NCBI GenBank assembly: GCA_033762295.1
Contig: JANRLW010000099.1
Location: 1-40,605, forward strand
Source of the DNA: Capsulimonadales bacterium
GTDB taxonomy: Bacteria; Armatimonadota; Armatimonadia; Armatimonadales; Armatimonadaceae
Reading direction: 5' to 3'
DNA: 40,605 nt
Positions 35,859 to 40,605 of the stretch are shown piece by piece (within the stretch, counting starts at the first letter, position 1; each line of letters opens with the position of its first letter). The notes beneath the pieces were generated by a model, which did no database searches, was not told the DNA's origin, and worked only from the letters and a program-made list of their open reading frames with translations. The translations under genes and the position numbers were made by a program.

Positions 35859-36788
35859 ATGGAAGCGACCAGAATCGCCGAACTGACCCCGAGGAGCCTC
35901 TGGGATATAACGGACGACGCTTTCGATCTGTATCGGGAGCGTTTCGTTCTCCTGTTCGGCGCGGCGGCCGTCGTCTTCGTTCCTGCCTATCTTTTACGGC
36001 TGTTTCTGATCGCCGGTCCCTATGCCGCGTACTACCGGCAAGTCGCCCGTAATCCGACCGACGCCGGTTCGGTCCTCGGTGCGAGCGGAGGGATGCTCGG
36101 TTACGACCTGCTGTTGTTGCCGCTGTTGATGCTCGCGGGGAGTCTGTTCGGCGCGGTCGCCGCCGAAATCGTCCGGGATCGCCTGGAGAGGGACGAGATC
36201 CGCACGATCGCTCAGGCGTACCGTCCGGTGCTGCGTCGGTTCGGTTCCGTTTTTTTCGGTTCGTTGCTCGCCGTTGTCGCGACCGCCCTCGGCTACGTTC
36301 TGTGTTTCCTTCCCGCGGTTTACATCGGTATCGCCCTGATCCTCGTCCCGCAAACCATTGTCCTGGAGGAGCGTTCGATCGGGTCGGCGTTTCAACGTTC
36401 CCAGGATCTGATCCGCCATAATTTTGCCCGCGCCTTCGGCCTGACCGCATTGCTTGCGGCGATGACCCTCATTCTGAACCTGGGATTTTCCGGTTTGATC
36501 GAAGGAGCCACGGCGACATTTTCGCCGGGTGTCGAATCGCCGGCGATTCAAACGCAGAAGACCCTCCTGGAAGGTGCGCTCGGGGGAATCGTCAACCTGA
36601 TGCTCGCGCCCGTCTCCGGAGTCGCTCTGGCCTTGCTGTACTTCGATATCCGGGTGCGGCGGGAGGGGCTGGATATGGTTGCGCGGGCGAAGTCGGAGGG
36701 GATAACGCTGGCCCCCGATCCGTTCGGCGATGTTTCGAGCGAGGAAGCATTGAAGCTGTCGCGCCGACTCGGGGGGCAGAGGAGGTAA
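35859..36788 (+). CDS. Integral membrane protein of the type found upstream of DUF4129/DUF4350/MoxR clusters
   Basis: L.PRSL.DI.D.AF.LYR start, about six TMs, VLEE..I..AFQRS..L, LYFDIRVRREGLD. Confidence 0.8.
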   Translation: MEATRIAELTPRSLWDITDDAFDLYRERFVLLFGAAAVVFVPAYLLRLFLIAGPYAAYYRQVARNPTDAGSVLGASGGMLGYDLLLLPLLMLAGSLFGAVAAEIVRDRLERDEIRTIAQAYRPVLRRFGSVFFGSLLAVVATALGYVLCFLPAVYIGIALILVPQTIVLEERSIGSAFQRSQDLIRHNFARAFGLTALLAAMTLILNLGFSGLIEGATATFSPGVESPAIQTQKTLLEGALGGIVNLMLAPVSGVALALLYFDIRVRREGLDMVARAKSEGITLAPDPFGDVSSEEALKLSRRLGGQRR

Positions 36789-36789
36789 G

Positions 36790-37824
36790 ATGGGATGGCC
36801 TCGCGCGTTCCCCTGGCTGACGGCGGCGTTTCTGGCCGGTTCGGTCGCCCTGGCACAGCCTCCGAACGCCGAGTTCGACGCCGGAGCGTATCGCGCCCTG
36901 CTTCAGGAACTGGCGGTTGCCGCCGACAGGCCGATCTCTCCCCGAACGGCGGCAGGGTTTCGCGACCGTCTGACGTCGGCTCGGAGCGTTCGGCTTCCGG
37001 ATGGTTCGTCCTTTCAGCCGGATAATGCCGCCCTGACCGTTGAGTTGAACCGAATCGCGAACGCGAAACGACCGACCGCTTTGCGACCGGAGCTTCGAGG
37101 GCAGGTGACGCTGCTCTCGGAGATGACGCGACCGTCCCGCCCTGCCGGTAGCCGGGACTTGCCCGATCCGGCCGAAGTCGCGAAACGGATTTTGAGGGGT
37201 CAGGAGTTTCAGGGCGCCACCGCTCCGGAAAAGCCGAAGGGCTGGTGGGAGGAGTGGCTGGAAAAAATCCGCAAGGCAATCATGGATTTCTTCCGTTCCC
37301 TGACACCACGGACCCCGGGAGGACGATCCGGCCCCTGGGTGGAGTGGTTCGCCCGCCTGGTCCAGTGGCTCCTGATCCTGGTGGCGATGGCCGGCGTCCT
37401 GGCGGGATTGATTTTTGTGGTGCGGTGGGCGGGTGACTACCGGGGAAGATGGCGTCGGCGAACGGGAATTATCAGCATACCGGATCTTCTGGCGTCGGAT
37501 TCGGAGGATCCGCTGGCCGATTCGGAACGGCTTGCGGCGCAGGGCGATTACCGGGGCGCGTTACGGATGGCGTATATCGCCTGCCTACGTCGGCTTGCAA
37601 AGTCGGGCGCGTTGGTGCTGGAGGAAAACCGGACCAACTGGGAGTATCAACGGGCGCTCCGGGGGCGTTTCGCTCGGGCGTATGACGTTCTGCTTCCGGC
37701 GACCCGGCTTTTCGATTTCGTCTGGTACGGGTTGCGACCCGCGACGGCAGAGGAGTATGCCACGGTCGTCGCGGTCCATTCCGCTCTCGAAAACGCCGTG
37801 AAACCGGTGGGGGCGCCCGAATGA
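36790..37824 (+). CDS. DUF4129 domain membrane protein
   Basis: Signal peptide, one TM, then A.QGDYRGALR..Y...L..L, RTNWEY, FDFVWYG. Confidence 0.85.
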   Translation: MGWPRAFPWLTAAFLAGSVALAQPPNAEFDAGAYRALLQELAVAADRPISPRTAAGFRDRLTSARSVRLPDGSSFQPDNAALTVELNRIANAKRPTALRPELRGQVTLLSEMTRPSRPAGSRDLPDPAEVAKRILRGQEFQGATAPEKPKGWWEEWLEKIRKAIMDFFRSLTPRTPGGRSGPWVEWFARLVQWLLILVAMAGVLAGLIFVVRWAGDYRGRWRRRTGIISIPDLLASDSEDPLADSERLAAQGDYRGALRMAYIACLRRLAKSGALVLEENRTNWEYQRALRGRFARAYDVLLPATRLFDFVWYGLRPATAEEYATVVAVHSALENAVKPVGAPE

Positions 37825-39011
37825 AACTGCGCGGCGATACCCTGATGGTGGTCGGCCTGTTGCTGATCTTCGGTGTCCTTTCGTTTCTGATTGCGGGAAA
37901 CATCCCGGAGACCCCCGAAACCACGCCACGCCGCTCGTCCTTCTCAGCGAAGCCGGGCGGATTGAAAGCGGCTTTTCTCCTTTTGCAGGAACGGGGCGTC
38001 CCGGTGAGGCGGGTAACCCGTGAACCGCGTAAGTGGCCGCGGGGCGGCGTAATGGTGACCGCAACCCCGTTTACCCTGTTCGGTTCGACGGGGTTCTGGG
38101 ATGAAGGCGCGGCCGATGCGGCGATCGCCTGGGTTGAAAATGGGGGAACGCTGATCGTTGCCCAGTCCGAAAAGACCGAACTTCTGGAAAATCTGGGACT
38201 CTCGGTCCGTACCGTGTCGAAATCGGCGGTTTCGATGCCGCCGAAGCAACCGGCGGGAAACCTGGTCGGAGTTCGCCAGGTTTCGGTTCCCGACCCGGAG
38301 CGGTTTTCGGAAACGCCGCCGGGCAGCGTCGTCCTGCTGGGCGATACGGGACCGGCCCTGATCGTCCTTCGTCGGGGGCAGGGGAAGGTATTTGCGTTCT
38401 CCACACCGGCGGTGTTCGATAACCGCCACCTGGCAAGCGCGGACAACGCCCGACTCCTGGTCGGAATCATCGAGGCGGCGCGCGGCGGAAATGGTACCGT
38501 GTACTTCGATGAGTACCATATGGGCTACGCCGCCCAGGACTCGCTCCTGACGTTGATTGGTAAAGCGGGGCAGTTTGTCTGCCTGGAACTGCTGATTCTC
38601 CTATTGCTGATGGCGTACAACTCGGCGGTGCGTTTCGGGTTGCCACGGTCGTTGCCGCCCCCGGCGCGGGTATCGAGCGAGTATGTCGCCTCGCTCGCGG
38701 ACCTGTACCGACGCGCCCGCGCGACCGATGCCGCGCTGGAAAGCCTGTATGGCATCTTCAAACGCGACCTCTGCCGGACGCTCGGAATCGAGTTGGACGC
38801 GCCGATCGGAGAGATCGCGCGAAGGGCGGCGACCCTGGCCGGCGACGGGGCAAGTGGCACGGAATCGCGTCTCCTGCGCCTGCTCGGAGAGTGCGAGGAT
38901 CGAATCCTCGCCGGAGCGAACGCAACGGACGAGGGGATGCTCCTGCATCTGACACAGGACATGGAAGACATGCGAAAGGAACTGCAACTTGGCGGAAGCG
39001 GAAATGGTTGA
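37821..39011 (+). CDS. DUF4350 domain protein
   Basis: N-terminal TM, SSFS..P.G.KA...LL, WVENGGTLIV, N..L...DNARL, VYFDEYH.G, TM, RFG, EYV.SLA.LY.RA; ATGA overlap with the previous gene. Confidence 0.85.
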   Translation: MKLRGDTLMVVGLLLIFGVLSFLIAGNIPETPETTPRRSSFSAKPGGLKAAFLLLQERGVPVRRVTREPRKWPRGGVMVTATPFTLFGSTGFWDEGAADAAIAWVENGGTLIVAQSEKTELLENLGLSVRTVSKSAVSMPPKQPAGNLVGVRQVSVPDPERFSETPPGSVVLLGDTGPALIVLRRGQGKVFAFSTPAVFDNRHLASADNARLLVGIIEAARGGNGTVYFDEYHMGYAAQDSLLTLIGKAGQFVCLELLILLLLMAYNSAVRFGLPRSLPPPARVSSEYVASLADLYRRARATDAALESLYGIFKRDLCRTLGIELDAPIGEIARRAATLAGDGASGTESRLLRLLGECEDRILAGANATDEGMLLHLTQDMEDMRKELQLGGSGNG

Positions 39012-40020
39012 AACGGAAGGGGATGCGAACGGTGGGACGCCCTTCGACCTGTCGGGTGTTTTTGACCCTTCGACCTTTGTCTTCGAACTTGCCGGACGGC
39101 TGACCTCGGAGGTGCACAAAGCGGTCCGAGGTCAGGATGCCGTGATCGAGACCGCAATTGTCGCCTTGCTGGCGGGAGGACACGCCCTGTTTGAGGGAGT
39201 GCCCGGCACCGCGAAGACGCTGCTGGTGCGAACCCTGGCGGCGGCCTGTGGGGCGGAGTTCAAGCGCATACAGTTCACACCCGACCTGATGCCGTCCGAT
39301 GTGACGGGGAATAACGTGTTTGATGTCAACAGCGGCGCGTTCCATCTGAGGCGGGGTCCGTTGTTCGGTGAATTCGTTCTCGCCGACGAGATCAACCGGA
39401 CGCCTCCGAAGACCCAGGCGGCTCTGCTGGAAGCGATGGAGGAGCGGCGTGTCTCGATCGACGGTGTCTCTCACCCGCTACCGGCGGTCTTCACGGTTTT
39501 TGCCACACAGAATCCGGTCGAGTATGAGGGAACGTATCCCCTCCCGGAAGCGCAACTGGACCGCTTTCTGGTCAAGGTGCTGGTGGACTATCCGGACGAA
39601 ACCGCTGAGACGGAAATGCTCCGCGCCTGGGACCGGGGTTTCCGCGCGGCGGACCTGACGACCGCGCAGATTCATCCGGTATCCTCGGTCGACTCGCTGC
39701 TCCGGGCACGCTCCGTCCTGCCGGAAGTCAAGGTGGAACCGCGAATCCTGCACTATATCTCGACCATGGTTCGTCGGACCCGGGGGCATCGGCAACTGAC
39801 CCTGGGGGCATCGCCCCGAGCGGCGGTCGGACTGCTGCAGGCCAGCAAAGCGGTCGCCCTGGTGCGCGGACGAATGTTCGTCACGCCGGACGATGTTAAA
39901 TCGATGGTGTTGCCGGTACTGCGCCACCGGATTCTCCTGAAGCCCGAGGCCGAAATCGAGGGCGGGAACGCCGATCGCATTTTGAACGCACTGGTCGAAG
40001 GAGTCGAGGTGCCGCGTTAA
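38989..40020 (+). CDS. MoxR family AAA+ ATPase
   Basis: EGVPGTAKT, RIQFTPDLMPSD, LADEINRTPPKTQAALLEAMEE, ATQNPVEYEGTYPLPEAQLDRF, GASPRA, VLRHR. Start may be ATG 39004. Confidence 0.95.
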   Translation: MAEAEMVETEGDANGGTPFDLSGVFDPSTFVFELAGRLTSEVHKAVRGQDAVIETAIVALLAGGHALFEGVPGTAKTLLVRTLAAACGAEFKRIQFTPDLMPSDVTGNNVFDVNSGAFHLRRGPLFGEFVLADEINRTPPKTQAALLEAMEERRVSIDGVSHPLPAVFTVFATQNPVEYEGTYPLPEAQLDRFLVKVLVDYPDETAETEMLRAWDRGFRAADLTTAQIHPVSSVDSLLRARSVLPEVKVEPRILHYISTMVRRTRGHRQLTLGASPRAAVGLLQASKAVALVRGRMFVTPDDVKSMVLPVLRHRILLKPEAEIEGGNADRILNALVEGVEVPR

Positions 40021-40031
40021 GGAGCGAGGAC

Positions 40032-40605
40032 ATGCGGATTCAGGAAAACAGCAAACTGGTCTTTATCGGGGATTCGATCACGGACTGCGGACGCGCCCGT
40101 CCGGTGGGCGAGGGACTGGGCGAATCGCTCGGTCGCGGCTATGTGGCGTTGATCGATGCGCTACTGGGATCGACCTATCCCGGTCGGCGGATTCGTGTGG
40201 TGAACGTCGGAACGAGCGGAAACACGGTTCGTGATCTGGCAAACCGATGGCAGACGGACGTTCTCGATTTGAAACCGGACTGGCTATCGGTGATGATCGG
40301 TATCAACGATGTCTGGCGGCAGTACGATTCTCCGCTCCGACCGGAGATCGCGGTTTTGCCGGGAGAGTACGAGCAGACTTACCGACGAATCCTCGACACG
40401 GTGCGTCCGTCATTGCAGGGGTTGGTCCTGATGACGCCTTTTTATATCGAAACGAACCGGGAAGATGCGATGCGGGCGACGATGGACGTCTATGGCGGGA
40501 TCGTGCGCGCGCTGGCGTCGGAATACGATGCGGTGTTCGTCGATACGCAGGCGGCGTTCGACGAGGTCCTGGTCCATCAGTACGCGGCGACCCTGGCCTG
40601 GGACC
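40032..40605 (+). CDS. SGNH/GDSL hydrolase (acetylxylan-esterase-like), 3' truncated; not in the ORF track
   Basis: My translation from ATG 40032 (SD GAGGA): MRIQENSKLVFIGDSITDCGR...VVNVGTSGNTVRDL..RWQTDVLDLKPDWLSVMIGINDVWRQ; blocks I (GDS), II (G) and III (GIND) present. Confidence 0.9.
   Translation, partial: MRIQENSKLVFIGDSITDCGRARPVGEGLGESLGRGYVALIDALLGSTYPGRRIRVVNVGTSGNTVRDLANRWQTDVLDLKPDWLSVMIGINDVWRQYDSPLRPEIAVLPGEYEQTYRRILDTVRPSLQGLVLMTPFYIETNREDAMRATMDVYGGIVRALASEYDAVFVDTQAAFDEVLVHQYAATLAWD

Noticed and set aside
1..40605. CRISPR arrays, tRNA/rRNA genes, transposases, integrases and defence systems
   Set aside because: No spaced direct repeats, cloverleaf/rRNA signatures, or recombinase/nuclease motifs were seen; intergenic gaps are all under about 270 nt.

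Overview
GC-rich bacterial chromosomal window, almost fully coding, with no rRNA, tRNA, CRISPR array or mobile element that I can see. A PEP-CTERM protein, Terrabacteria-style yvlD-rapZ-yvcK synteny, a split lycopene cyclase and a probable outer-membrane beta-barrel suggest a diderm such as Armatimonadota (inference only). In order: truncated GH2 glycosidase; PPi-dependent PEP carboxykinase; rpsB-tsf-pyrH-frr-uppS followed by an SRPBCC gene; a minus-strand block of Spondin_N PEP-CTERM protein, beta-helix protein, ECF sigma and ZAS anti-sigma with a candidate ECF promoter; purB; zinc-ribbon membrane protein; WecB/TagA glycosyltransferase; thioredoxin-fold protein; FAD oxidoreductase; HAD-IIA; PfkB kinase; Ig-like lipoprotein; CHASE2 adenylate cyclase plus FecR/beta-barrel fusion; Gfo/Idh/MocA; holin-like yvlD, rapZ, yvcK; an unassigned secreted lysozyme-like protein next to Tat-exported NamZ; crtYc/crtYd-like pair; orphan MacB-type permease; grpE; membrane protein-DUF4129-DUF4350-MoxR; truncated SGNH esterase. 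Best candidates for a poorly described system: (1) FecR-barrel plus CHASE2 cyclase trans-envelope signalling, (2) the ECF/ZAS module apparently controlling two exported proteins, (3) the lysozyme-like/NamZ pair facing rapZ-yvcK. All calls come from reading motifs by eye; no database searches or folding calculations were run.
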